Shown piece after piece: positions 1-12,989 of a DNA stretch of 64,000 nucleotides. The notes beneath the pieces are model-generated. The model did no database searches. It was given only the letters and a program-made list of their open reading frames with translations, and had not been told where the DNA came from. Within the stretch, counting starts at the first letter, position 1. Each line of letters starts with the position of its first letter. The position numbers and the translations under genes are program-made. Source of the DNA: Selaginella moellendorffii (Eukaryota; Plantae; Lycopodiophyta); NCBI RefSeq assembly GCF_000143415.4, contig NW_003314300.1, forward strand, positions 1,099,014-1,163,013, in the 5' to 3' direction.

Positions 1-591
1 AACAACACTGATAAATGTGACCAAATTCATCACATGCCTAATGCCTAATAGTGGATATCATAGCCACAACCATGTCCTTGCCTTTGTTCTTAAACACGGC
101 CAGCAACAGTATCAACTTACATTTGGAATAGAACCATCTTCCATAGGAAGTAGAGTTGAAGGATATATAGTGAAAAGTCAAAAAAATAATGTTTTATAAT
201 GTTGTGCCTAGCAAATAGCATTGTCAAGGGTGGTTGGAACAAGTTTTATAAGATCTTGTAGCGCATGTGATCATGGGATGAGATTTAGATATATTGTTAC
301 TAGGGAGATAAATAAGGATAAAATAGCCATTAAGGGTATGTCTTTTGTTTTGTAAAGTATCCATAGACTAAGGTATCCACCATCGGATTGCAGTACGAAT
401 GGATGACTAATTGCCTCATATGAAATAGTTAGTCTACATAATAGAAAATTGGTAGATTTAGTCCGGAAATAGAGGTGTTAATTCTCCTTGGCTCAGTAGG
501 AATTGTTAGTCAATAGTTAATAAGGACATTAACATTTTTAAAGGGGGGGGAGGGATAAGTGTAATGCATGTGATCATGGGATCACTGTGAT

Positions 592-613
592 GCTCTATTT
601 CGTTAAAGTGGGA
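592..613 (+). repeat. Left terminal inverted repeat
   Basis: Exact reverse complement of 22082-22103. Confidence 0.9.
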
Positions 614-1249
614 TTTATTCAGTAAAATGGGACTAGGTACAAATTTTCAAGTATTTGAAAATGACGTGAAATTATATGTTTTTTGTCCAGGGGCTAGACA
701 TATCTGGGGCATGGTGACTAGCGCAGTGACTTTGTGTCCAGACTGAGTCCATCTGGTTGTATAATAAATCTCATTATCAAGGTGAACAAGCCGAATCTGA
801 AGCTAAAGAAGAGCGATGGCATGCGCACACACACTATTTGTTTGTTCATTGAGCGTGTGGTGAGCTTTCCAAGATGAACGTCATTCTTATTAGCCAGACA
901 TATAACTTAATGGTGAGAACATTTAGATATTATTCAATGTTATCTTTTTCTAACGAATCTAATTGTGAAGGTGTAGCAAGAGGCATTGCTAGTCTGGAGA
1001 AGTCATTTAACTCATTTGACCCTTAGTGTATTTTCATGAAACTAAATAACATTCATATTATTAAGGAATTTCTCTAGTACCTTTTTTTTACGATATAGAG
1101 GCTTGCATTTCTTTCAAAGGTGATTTAGTAAAAGGCTTGAGGGCATATGCCATTCTATTTCTCAAACCGGTATTAAGATATACTAGTGCAAAGGGAAAAA
1201 AGTATTTGGTGATCAAGTAAATGGCATGAGGGCACACGCCATTATAAGC

Positions 1250-1507
1250 CTAAGTGCTAGTGGACACCTCCTTTTTGGTACTCTCAGCGGTACTATCATC
1301 CTTCTCCAGGTCAGTTGTTTTGCTTTGGATTGTTGTCTTTGACGTTACTGGGGCGTTCTTGATAGTTGTTAATGTTGCCGTTTGTTCAGAAAAATGATCA
1401 CCTGGAGTATAGTACGGGGAGTTTGGAAGACTTATATATTCTACATCTTCACCTATCTCCTTCTCCGTCTCCTTTTTTGCCTCACTTACAGATTTTGTGC
1501 TTGCCAT
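1250..1507 (-). CDS. Small Ser/Thr/Glu/Lys-rich ORF inside the transposon (hypothetical)
   Basis: ATG-initiated MASTKSVSEAKK...KKEVSTST*, flanked by palindrome copies; no recognisable domain. Confidence 0.3.
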   Translation of the reverse strand: MASTKSVSEAKKETEKEIGEDVEYISLPNSPYYTPGDHFSEQTATLTTIKNAPVTSKTTIQSKTTDLEKDDSTAESTKKEVSTST

Positions 1508-1755
1508 GAGAACGCTCTTCACCCTAAAATATGGAGTTCGTTGTGTTATAAAAGGAAACCAACACACACGCTGCAAGGGAATGATGGTACATAAAGCACG
1601 TAAGCCCATAATATGGGTTTATGTGCCATTAATATGGGCCACACGCCATATTATTAGATTTATGCACGTGTGATTGGTAAATGCATATGTCACATCATCT
1701 TTGTTTTACCTCACACACTATATCAAGCCTAATGAACCATATCACATGTGCGCAC

Positions 1756-3527
1756 TGTAAGCGACTAATTTTTCCAGTCTACTTTAGTCACTTAACCACA
1801 CCTCCGACCACTTGGAGGAGTCTCATTCACAACCTCCATAAGTCCAACTCAGGACTTGGGGCTTGCTAGCCCCGAGAATGGCATCCATGCCACTCAACCT
1901 TAGCACTTGGTCCAAGTGCTCCACGTGTCCGATCCCATGATTGACACCCCAAAGTACCACCGACGTATCGGCCCGTTACGCTAAGGCCATGCCCAATTAC
2001 CTTGGTCACACTGGTGGTCCAACACCACCTGCATTCCAATCCTGTCTCTCAAAGACTGGGTCATTCGTCCATGAGGGATCATCCCAGATCCACTCTTTAA
2101 CATCCTTAAGATGCCTACAGACATGGGGAATAGCCTTCCCCAATATCTCTGTTCCGGTCCCCACCAAGTCCCTTTCTGTCCTTGGCTGTGTTCGCCAACA
2201 CTGCCACTGGATCAAGGCCCACTGGCCCGACCACTAAGTCCCACTATCCTCGAGGACTTCCTCACTGTGTGACTGTGTCCTTGGTCACCCCACCAGAGGG
2301 CTACCCCTCTTCCTTTTCACAGTCTGGGACTTTGGGACACCATTTCGGAACACCGTGGCCTTACGCGAGCCACTTGGGTACTCTCCCCACCTTTCGCCTT
2401 TAGGTGCTCTAGCCATGGGCTTAGAGCGAGGTTCCGTTGAGCCACACCTGGTATCCAAGTAGGTAGTGCCACCCACACTTGGACTGGGAGCATCGGCCAG
2501 TCGATCTCCCGGGGGAACTAGAGCCGGCTCTTGAACACTTCACCAAGCTACCCCGCTTGTCGGTCCGTGTTCACTCTAGTTTTGGACTTCCCAATGGGCA
2601 GCTCATCACCCAACACTGGGTCCAGCCTTCCTAGGCCAAACTGGCCTTTCCTGGCCAAACTGGCTCCACTACAGTCCTCCCCCTACTATACTTTTGGAGC
2701 TCACCAAACCCCCCAGGGTCTGGGAGACGAACGCTTTGGGCTTTCACCCTCTCAGGCTCCGGACTCGGACTCGGACTCGGACTCGGACTCGGACTCGGAC
2801 TCGGACTCGGACTTGGGCTCGGCCTCAGTCTCAGTCTCGGTCCTGATCTTGGTCTCGGTCTCGGTCTCGGTCCCGGTCTCGGTCTCGGTCCCGGTCTCGG
2901 TCTTGGTCCCGGTCTCGACTTTGGACTCCATCTCGGGTCCATCTCGGACTCCAACTCGGACTCCATCTCGGACTCCATCTCGGGTCCATCTCGGGTCCAT
3001 CTTGGACTCCATCTCGGACTCCACCTCGGACTCCGTCTCGGTTCCACCTCGGACTCCGTCTCGTGTCCATCTCAGGTCCCATCTCGGGTCCATCTCGGGT
3101 CCATCTCGGACTCCATTTCGGGTCCATCTCGGGTCCACCTCGGACTCCACCTCGGACTCCACCTCAGACTCTATCTCGGGTCCATCTCGGGTCCACCTCG
3201 GACTCCACCTCGGACTCCATCTCGGACTCCATCTCGGACTCCATCTCGGACTCCAACTCGGACTCCACTTCAGACTCCAACTCGGGTTCATCTCGAACAC
3301 TTCCACGTGTCATGTGTTGGTCCCTTTGGGTCCCTTTTTGGAGCCTCGCTTATTGCTTGCTTCGTGCTCGTTCCTCGAACACTTTGTTGGGAGTTCCACT
3401 CCCGCTCAACCTTTCAAGTCGGAGCTTTTAGTCCAAATGTTTTACGCTCGTTTGGCTTTCGCTTCGGCCACTACCACGTGGCACCCCTCCAGCTCCACTC
3501 TGGGGCATAGGGACTTTGTGTCTCACA
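1756..3527 (-). repeat. 3' LTR (1772 bp)
   Basis: Starts TGTAAGCG, ends TCTCACA; direct repeat of 7638-9479. Confidence 0.93.
2757..3297. repeat. Tandem array inside the LTR: (GGACTC)n and 11-12 bp units CTCGGACTCCAT/CTCGGGTCCAT
   Basis: Directly visible; the second copy at ~8639-9250 has a different unit number and order. Confidence 0.9.
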
Positions 3528-3540
3528 ACTCCACCACCCA
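3528..3540 (-). other. Polypurine tract
   Basis: Minus strand GGGTGGTGGAGT immediately before the 3' LTR. Confidence 0.6.
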
Positions 3541-6500
3541 TAGACGAAGTTCGATGTCCTCATCGAACGGTAAACCATTTTATAAAGTAACACCCACATG
3601 TGTTACCATTTCCATCCTTGGCACCTAGCCAATATTTGTCAAGGGTTTGACATTGAAGGCTCCCCATGCCTTTTGCATATTCCTCAATGGTTTGACACCA
3701 AAGGCTCACAAGGCCTTGCCCATCCTCTAAGGAGGGTAGTCTCTCCAACTTAGAGACTGATTGGACCACATGTAGTGGTTCTCTCCTTTTATTGGTTTGG
3801 TTCCCGCTAAACCTTTTAGAGACCCTTCTCTAAGTCAATCCCACTACTTCTTCTAGAGTAGTCTCAATTTCCATCTATTGAATGTTTTGCACCTTGAAAC
3901 CTTTACCCTTTTGACTTTTGGAAGTCAATTTCCTAGGTGTCTCCAACACCTTGCATTGCACCGATTGTGCAACTCCACTTCCCCATCCTAGGAAGTTCAT
4001 TACTTGAGGGCACCATCATCCTCTCTTCTATTTCGTGCCACCTTGGGCACTAAGTTCCATTTATCATACTTTGTGCTAGGGCTGTCCATGGCCCTATCAT
4101 TTGGCTACCTTACCACTCCCTCCCTTGGAGCTTCCACTTTTGCCAAATCGGAGCAATTCGGAATCCATCCTTGGAAACACACTTCCTTTCCCGCAATTTG
4201 TTAGCGTCCAACACATTAGTGTTCCTCGCCTAACTTTGCCACTTGGATTCCTTCCAAGGGATTCCACGGCCCTATCCTGGCCACTCATCTTTTGCTCCTA
4301 TCTGTTGATTGTTGCACCCAGCAACACCGAATGTCTACCTCCCTCCTTGAGGTATTCTTTTGATTCCATAGCAAAAGCTTTGCTTTGCCAAGACTAGGGT
4401 GTTCACCCCTAGTAAGTCTCTTTAGCACCTTCTGCTGTGGGCTCTATCCATGGCCCAACTTGTGACCCTCCCATGGGTCTCTTATAGAGACTACTTTCCT
4501 TGCTCACGCTATGCCATCGCAATGACATAGCTTACTTCCCTAAGGTGCTTTTCCCACTTGGTCACCTTGACCAAGCCACACCATCATCAATAGTTCAAAT
4601 CAACACTTTGAACTAGGAACCTTATTCCTTAACCCAAACAAAGACCTTGTCCTTATTTAGCTACAAGATCACCTAGTGATCTCACGTCGGCACCTTAACA
4701 GGTTTGCCAATAGGTACTAGGTCTTCTAGACCTTCAAATTGTTGACTATAACCCCGGGGGCATCCCCCACACTTGGCGGTGCACCCAAGCCAGCCCTTAT
4801 GGCCAAGGGTTCATAGCAACTGAGATTAGGTGTCCCCATCTCACTCACCACGTCCTTGGTGCCACTTGCACCAAAGCGTTCAAGTTAGATATGCCGAGCT
4901 TTCACACTAAGCAATCTAACCGTGCATCACGACTCCGAGGCATCCCTCGCTTGGCCGTGTGCCCAAACCAGTCTCCCCACTGAGAGTCCATGACCACCAA
5001 AATATGAGTGTCCTCATATTCCAAACCATCACCACGCCCTAGTGATTTGGGACTCGAACCCAAGCATTAGAGGGTCGGGACTCGAACCCAACCTCCGTAT
5101 ATGCATCTACGGACGGCATCACACCGGATGCCTGGCGTGACTCCCCACGCCGGTGCACCAACTTATATTTAAAGCGCGCTATAGATCACAGCTTAGGAAC
5201 CTAGTTCCTCCCCACTGCCAAGTCTTCTCACTTGACAAGCCTGTGATCATGCATGGACTCCTCCATGCTTGGCCCTATGGCCCACCCTTTTTTGAAGTTA
5301 TCACCTTCAACTAGGGTATTTGTTCCCTTGACTTGCCAATCTCGCTTTGGCAAGTCCTTCGACCACTGTAACATGGTTCCTACACAAGCGTGAAAGCCCT
5401 TGATCATCGACTTTCATTCAAAGCCTTCTCTTTGAACACTCGGGAACTACTTCCCTAACCTTGATAGCCTTGCCTCATGACAAGCTTCAAGACCACGCTT
5501 CTACTGCGCCACTCTGATTTCGCGCGTTCCTTGAACCATTTACGCTTGGCCTTTTTAGGTACTAAACTACCTAGAATCCTCTTTGGGAACCTTGAAGGAA
5601 CTTTGTCCCTTAGCTTGCTAAGGCCCCCCTTTTTGCAAGCTTTCCAATTACCATATAGTCTAACATGGACAATTCCATATTTTAGACTCTCCATGGCATC
5701 ATGGTTGCTAGCAACAACACCCTCGAGCCCCCACTTGATTCTCCACTCCCAGCTAGCATAACCAACCTTGGTTATGCCCTTCAATTCCTATGGTTCGGTT
5801 CTATCCCCTTACTTCTTGCTTTTGGCTTCACACCTTTCCTTCGGTCATTCTCCTCCAGACCAGAAGGATAGCCTTTGCACTTTCTATCATGCCTTAGCAA
5901 GTATTCTTAGGGATGAACCTACCCGATAGCCTAGGGAGTGGTTCCTCAATCCAGGTATGCTCACCCTATAATCCCACACACCGAGATTACGTTGTTGCTT
6001 ACGGGCCTTTGCATGCCCATCGCTAGCTTTGCCAAAATTCCATTTTTGGCTTTGTCCAATTTAAGTAGACAGTCTTCTCCTATCTCGCCACCTTGGACAT
6101 TTGGATAGCACCTACTATCCATTGTTCGCTAGGGACTTAGTCCCTTGGGCCTTATCTACTGCCCTCACGACATCAAACACCACCTCTTGGTGTTCTAGAG
6201 TGTTCGGGTGTCCCAATGACGGCTTCCTTGACAATGAGTATTTCCTTTTATGACATTGACTTACTATATCGCAACATAAGCAACTCATCCCCCATAAGGG
6301 TATATCCAACTTTCCTATGCCATTAAGAAGGCTTGGGTAGCTACCTTCTTCCCGTTTAACCAATTATTTGGCACCTCTTATTTAGTTGCCTCGTAGTTGT
6401 CAAGTTCTACAACTCATTGCTGGTGCTTCCACACCTCCATCATTATCTGGGTCACCACACTCCAACTGCATGCTCTGCAGCTTAGGCTATGTCATTCCTA

Positions 6501-7621
6501 TTTCTATTGGGATTCCTTTGGCAAAGGGTTCTCATGAACCCACCAACATAGCCTCAAGGTATCACACCTTGGCACATGTGGTGTCTCCACACCATCGGCT
6601 CCACGAGCCTACCTCTATGACACTTCTTCTTTGTGTCTAAGTCTTTGCCAAGACCAATATCACGCTTTCTCATGCCAACCATCTGTTAGCACTGCATCAT
6701 AGAGGTCACACACAACTTTGTGTCAAAGTTGTTTTCTTTTTGGGAACACCTTTTCCACGACTTTAGCATGGCACATTTTGCCATCGATGAGATACCCTTT
6801 GCTCTCATCCTTGGATCCTATGATCCCCCCCTATCCTTTGTGGGGTACAACACACCTCAGTCCAAATGCTTCCATCGGTCCTTTTAGGACTATCCCTTGA
6901 CTCTACTTGAGTCATCCAGCAGTTTTGGACTTGGTTAATCCACAGACCCGTAAGGTCCTACTTGTGAGGCACTAGCTCACTAGAATACACTTCTTGCATT
7001 CTTGTCCTACTCAAAAGGATTATTTTCACAAGTGTTACTCTGACACTTGATTTTGTTCTCTGGGGGCAACCTTTGCCCCTTAGGACCACTTGTCCATGCG
7101 ATGAGAATACCAACTCATCTCTAAGTACAACCCCCAACTCCTTGGGTTGTTCCAGCATTTATTAAAGGTAGCCCTGGCTACCATTTCAAGGACTTGAGTC
7201 CTCTTCCGTATTTGACCTCCCACGGTCATTACCTTTGGTCTCACATTCATGAGCACCATCCTCAACTATATGAGGACAATTTTGTGACTCCTTTATTGTT
7301 TTGGAGTCTACATCTTTCTCGTGATCCCAACTATAGTTGTTTATCACAACTACGTTAGCCCGTTTGCTGCGTCAAACGCTCATTTGGATCACCTCCTCAG
7401 CTCTCTGAGGAGACCTTATACTGTTCCCAAGATCCCAAAGTCGTTCCATTATTGGCCCTTTTCTATCCACCACATTGTGCCCAAGCTCACGCATGAACTT
7501 GAGTGGAGAGCCATGTCCTCTCAACATGCTACTCCTCAAGGATAGGCCCACTCCTAGGACCTTCCGATGCCAACATCAATGGTGATATACTTGAGCACCA
7601 ATAAAAGGCGGACTAAGGAAC

Positions 7622-7634
7622 AGCTCCGATACCA
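7622..7634 (-). other. Primer binding site (initiator tRNA-Met type)
   Basis: Minus strand reads ...ACA-ATT-TGGTATCGGAGCT directly after the LTR, close to the canonical TGGTATCAGAGC. Confidence 0.85.
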
Positions 7635-7637
7635 AAT

Positions 7638-9479
7638 TGTAAGCGACTAATTTTTCCAGTCTACTTTAGTCACTTAACCACACCTCCGACCACTTGGAGG
7701 AGTCTCATTCACAACCTCCATAAGTCCAACTCAGGACTTGGGGCTTGCTAGCCCCGAGAATGGCATCCATGCCACTCAACCTTAGCACTTGGTCCAAGTG
7801 CTCCACGTGTCCGATCCCATGATTGACACCCCAAAGTACCACCGACGTATCGGCCCGTTACGCTAAGGCCATGCCTAATTACCTTGGTCACACTGGTGGT
7901 CCAACACCACCTGCATTCCAATCCTGTCTCTCAAAGACTGGGTCATTCGTCCATGAGGGATCATCCCAGATCCACTCTTTAACATCCTTAAGATGCCTAC
8001 AGACATGGGGAATAGCCTTCCCCAATATCTCTGTTCCGGTCCCCACCAAGTCCCTTTCTGTCCTTGGCTGTGTTCGCCAACACTGCCACTGGATCAAGGC
8101 CCACTGGCCCGACCACTAAGTCCCACTATCCTCGAGGACTTCCTCACTGTGTGACTGTGTCCTTGGTCACCCCACCAGAGGGCTACCCCTCTTCCTTTTC
8201 ACAGTCTGGGACTTTGGGACACCATTTCGGAACACCGTGGCCTTACGCGAGCCACTTGGGTACTCTCCCCACCTTTCGCCTTTAGGTGCTCTAGCCATGG
8301 GCTTAGAGCGAGGTTCCGTTGAGCCACGCCTGGTATCCAAGTAGGTAGTGCCACCCACACTTGGACTGGGAGCATCGGCCAGTCGATCTCCCGGGGGAAC
8401 TAGAGCCGGCTCTTGAACACTTCACCAAGCTACCCTGCTTGTCGGTCCGTGTTCACTCTAGTTTTGGACTTCCCAGTGGGCAGCTCATCACCCAACACTG
8501 GGTCCGGCCTTCCTAGGCCAAATTGGCCTTTCCTGGCCAAACTGGCTCCACTACAGTCCTCCCCCTACTATACTTTTGGAGCTCACCAAACCCCCTAGGG
8601 TCTGGGAGACGAACGCTTTGGGCTTTCACCCTCTCAGGCTCCGGACTCGGACTCGGACTCGGACTCGGACTCGGACTCGGACTCGGACTCGGATTCGGAC
8701 TCGGACTCAGACTTGGGCTCAGCCTCGGTCTCGGTCTCGGTCCTGATCTTGGTCTTGGTCTCGTTCTCGGTCCCGGTCTCGGTCTTGGTCCCAGTCTCGA
8801 CTTTGGACTCCATCTCGGGTCCATCTCGGACTCCAACTCAGACTCCATCTCAGACTCCATCTCGGGTCCATCTCGGGTCCATCTTGGACTCCATCTCGGA
8901 CTCCACCTCGGACTCCGTCTCGTGTCCATCTCAGGTCCCATCTCGGGTCCATCTCGGGTCCATCTTAGGTCCATCTTGGACTCCATCTCGGACTCCAGCT
9001 CGGGTCCATCTCGGACTCGATCTCGGACTCCATTTCGGGTCCATCTCGGGTCCACCTCGGACTCCACCTTGGACTCCATCTCGGGTCCATCTCGGGTCCA
9101 CCTCGGACTCCACCTCGGACTCCACCTCGGACTCCATCTCGGGTCCACCTCGGACTCCACCTCGGACTCCACCTCGGACTCCATCTCGGACTCCATCTCG
9201 GACTCCAACTCGGACTCCACTTCGGACTCCAACTCGGGTCCATCTCGGACACTTCCATGTGTCATGTGTTGGTCCCTTTGGGTCCCTTTTTGGAGCCTCG
9301 CTTATTGCTCGCTTCGTGCTCGTTCCTCGAACACTTTGTTGGGAGTTCCACTCCCGCTCAAACTTTCAAGTCGGAGCTTTTAGTCTAAACGTTTTATGCT
9401 CGTTTGGCTTTCGCTTCGGCCACTACCACGTGGCACCCCTCCATCTCCACTCTGGGGCCTAGGGACTTTGTGTCTCACA
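7638..9479 (-). repeat. 5' LTR (1842 bp)
   Basis: Direct repeat of 1756-3527; adjacent to PBS. Confidence 0.93.
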
Positions 9480-9877
9480 CGCACATGCTATATATATGGA
9501 GAAGTATTATGCAAGGATAGAAAAATTCAATGCATGATTGTGGAGAGCAATGGCATGAAGCCACATGCTAAATTACATTTTAGAGAAAGAATTAAAATAA
9601 AAACATGCAAACAGTACTGAGTGGACCAAGACTTAGAAGTGCACAATTGAATGAGGTATTTCTAATAAATATTTCACTCACCTCATATAGGAATGGCTAC
9701 CACTCTCAAATGGCGTATCGCCTCATGCCATCACCTCGCAATTTGTTATAACAATCCGATGAATTCATATTCGGCTTGTTCACCTTGAACTTTAAGTAAG
9801 ATTTGCTAGAACAACTAAGAATTTATACTTGTTATTTGTATCATCTCACCTAGGAATGGCGTAAGGCCACATGCCAT

Positions 9878-12776
9878 CACGCCTCCTCTGATTCAGATTC
9901 AGATTGTTCACCTTGAAATAAAATACATTAGAAACTTAGTAAAGGAATATTAATGAATCTCACCTTGAACCCGGGTTATGAATGCTCTTGCTGCATCTCT
10001 TGCATGGTCTGGCAAGGTGATGGTGGCACTCTGCTTCCGCATCCAGCCATGCACAACATTATCCACCGATATGCTCATGCTGGGATCCCTTGGATTCAGC
10101 ACCCATCTCTTTTCTAGGCAATCCTTCGTATATCCGGAACTTGGCTTGAACCACTCCACAGTTACATTGAAGGAGTTAGTTTCCGCGTCCTCCTCTGCAT
10201 CAGTGATGCAGCGCCCCACCCATATCATTTGTTTTTTATTACTGGGTCTGACAAGCACGACCATTCCTTTGCAGACCTGTACTAGATTGAATCCTGAATC
10301 CGGCTTCTTGTTCCTCGGCCCACAATAGTGATCCTCAACATCGTTATCTGTCACTGCATTTCCAGAGGACATTGTTCCGCTACTATCTGGTGCTCTGGGT
10401 TCTGGCCAAAAGGACTCTTCCAATTCTTCATATACAACCGGCCCATTTTGGATAGCAGATATAATCTTCTCCCAGTATTCGATCAAAGGCTTGCACCTCT
10501 GAAAATAGGATTCTCCACCAAACACCAACCCCCTCTTCCAGAAGGCAATATGCTGTCTAATCCCGGCCACTATACTTTCCTGGTCTTTGAGTCCATCTGG
10601 GTGCATCGGCCGTGGGGAACCTTGAGGAATCATAGGTTCCCTAGTTATGGGATCTCTCTTGAAGAGTTCAATGCCGTCCACTGGCAGCCACATTGTGTCC
10701 CATTCTCTCATCTTGTACCTCATCACTAGAGCACCGTCACGCATGCTGAAATGAAACTGAAGAGGCTTGGAGTGGCCAATCAGCGTTTCGGATCCGTCCC
10801 TGATGTAGCCTCTTACAAACCCCTTAAAGTCTGGAACCTCTGTCACAAGTGCAGCTTCAACAGTGCCTTTGATGCAATTTTGGAATTCATCGTAGAGTTG
10901 TGGGAGGGTGAGGACATTGGATCGCTGGAGGGACTCTGCCAGGTGACTGAACATGGCATCGACATCTTCATGAGTGTGCCCAACCATGAGAAAGCCAAGT
11001 GTAACCGTTTCAAATATGCCTTTGGCAACAAGCATCGCCAAGTACGCGAAGACGTACATGTTTTTGTTCTCACTGCTAGCATTGTTTGTTTGGAGCAGAA
11101 GATGGGGTGGAAGGCCACATCGGCCGCAAGAACTTCCTTGAGATTTTGCTTCGTTTGGATGAGGCTGTGCATTCACCGGGCGACCAGCCTCGTCGGAATG
11201 GCATGAGGCCTCACGTGATAACCCTACAATCTGACGGCCAACATATTCACTGGGATGGCATGGGGCCCCACGCGATACTGCAAGCCTTTGCTCCTCTTCC
11301 AGCTGAACCCTGTATGGGGTTCGATCGACAAAGGCCTTATGCAAGGGTTGGCCGTTCAGCTCAGTCTGCGCACTTTGCAAAGACCTTAAGTGTTTTGCTA
11401 GGGACGCAATCATCATGTTTGCACCCCCGCCACCCCATAGAGGTACAAAGAAGTTCCCATAGTTCTGGGCACCATGCCCATGAGCGATTATGCCAAACAG
11501 AGACACAGGCAGCTGCATGGATGAAGAGATTGCCTTGGGGGCAGGATTGAGTTGAGGTAAGCACGTCTTTTTCTGGTCCATTTTGTCGTGGATGATGCAG
11601 AGGTAAGAGTCAGGTCTCTCCATGGAGAGAATCCTGTTATGATAATATGCAGTCCTGCAACTTCTCTGCTTGATGTTGTGGTCGAGCCGCCTTCTAACCA
11701 ACGTCTCTCGCTCTTGAGCGCTGCAAGAATTCTTCGACAAAGCCATTTTGATAGCAGTGCACTCGTCACACTTTGAAAAGCTGGAGTACTTTCCTATACT
11801 CACATCCCTGAACCTGTTGCTCCACAATCTACTAAATCTAGATTGGCTCAGCTTCCTGTAGCCATTTACTCTGGAGTTCCCGATTCACATCTTCCAATAT
11901 GGCCCCCTTGGTATACATGGAAGGGAGAACTCGTTGGGTGTCTCGAGTTCCATCTTCCAAGAGGCGGGTTTTATGTGGTTGCTGCTCGCTACATGTCTCG
12001 ACAAACCTCTTGAAGATTGCCTCTCCATATACAACATGACCCCTGGTTTTGTGCGTACCGTCGTTCCTATGGACTGCCTGTTGAACCCTTTGTTCCTCGA
12101 ACTCAGTTTTGATTCTGTAGAATGTGGTTCGAGGGACTTCATAAATGATTCTCCATGCCTTCATGCAGACAAAACCCCTCTGGAAGACCATGCCCCCCAC
12201 CTGATGTTCTGAAGCATCAACAGATGACCATAATGCCTTATACACAAAATTGCGAGCTGCCTTCCAGGACAATCTCTTGTATCTTGCTCTCTCTTCTTCA
12301 ATAGCATCCCAATCAGCATGTTGACAGCACCTCCTCTTGCAACAAGCAACTGTCGAGACCATTCGAACCTCCATCGCCATTTTCTGCTTTTTTGGTTCGT
12401 TGCTCAGATCCCTTTGGCTGCGCTTTAGGAAGGTGTACTTTCTTTTCCCATGAAGAGATGTTCTGTCATCAGTTGTAGTGGTGTTTGATTGTGAATCCTT
12501 CACATTCTCAAACACTAAGTGCCTCAATTTCCACCGCACAATGCTTCCAATAGTCAGACTGTTTTCTTCTGTGTCAACAACCTCTAAAATCGCAACTCCA
12601 ATATCATCCCAGCCCAATTCTTGATTAGCAACCGCATCTCTTGGATCGACAACTGTGGCTAAGCCCTCAGCTACCACCTCCCCCTCGGGGTTGTTTAGAA
12701 ACACCTTTGCCTGAATCCATGTAACACAGTTCTTAAGATCCACGGAGGGAACATGCGTCGCACTTGCGGAGGCCAT
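9878..12776 (-). pseudogene. Sola1-like DDD transposase, frameshifted
   Basis: ORFs 11838-12776 and 9950-11827 join via a 1-nt frameshift near 11865 (ELQS/NGYRKLSQSRFSRLWSNRF). Motifs: CCKRRCC, VCxKAW..IY...RTTFYR, KCDEC, IIHDKMDQKK, G-ANMM, QTNNASSENKN (usual LDNxxxENKN), FLMVGHTHEDVDAMFS. Probable short last exon GEQSESESEEA* ending 9878. Confidence 0.8.
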
Positions 12777-12989
12777 TCTAAAAGTGCAGAAAAGAAGTTA
12801 AGACCATACAAAAAATGATTGGAGAATGGCCTATATCATAAATTACCAAACAACCTCAATAGCATGAGGCCACATGCCATTATTCAAACATGCTCTTGAC
12901 ACCCACGTGAAATTTCGCATTCACAAAATTGGCATGAGCCCTCATGCCATTAATGGTACCACTCTCTTCCCACCATTCAAAATGTAAAC

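Larger units (their letters stand above)
1756..9479 (-). mobile_element. Non-autonomous LTR retrotransposon (LARD-like or degenerate internal region)
   Basis: Two near-identical TG...CA LTRs (1756-3527, 7638-9479); 5-bp TSD CGCAC (1751-1755, 9480-9484); tRNA-Met-type PBS and purine tract on the minus strand; no long gag/pol ORF in the 4.1 kb interior. Confidence 0.93.

Noticed and set aside
2757-3297. Possible CRISPR-like array
   Set aside because: Units are contiguous with no unique spacers, inside a eukaryotic LTR, and no cas genes are present.
2531-3628. Long ORFs in several frames (365 aa etc.; also 8513-9462)
   Set aside because: They arise from stop-free tandem repeats inside the LTRs; low-complexity translations with no domain.
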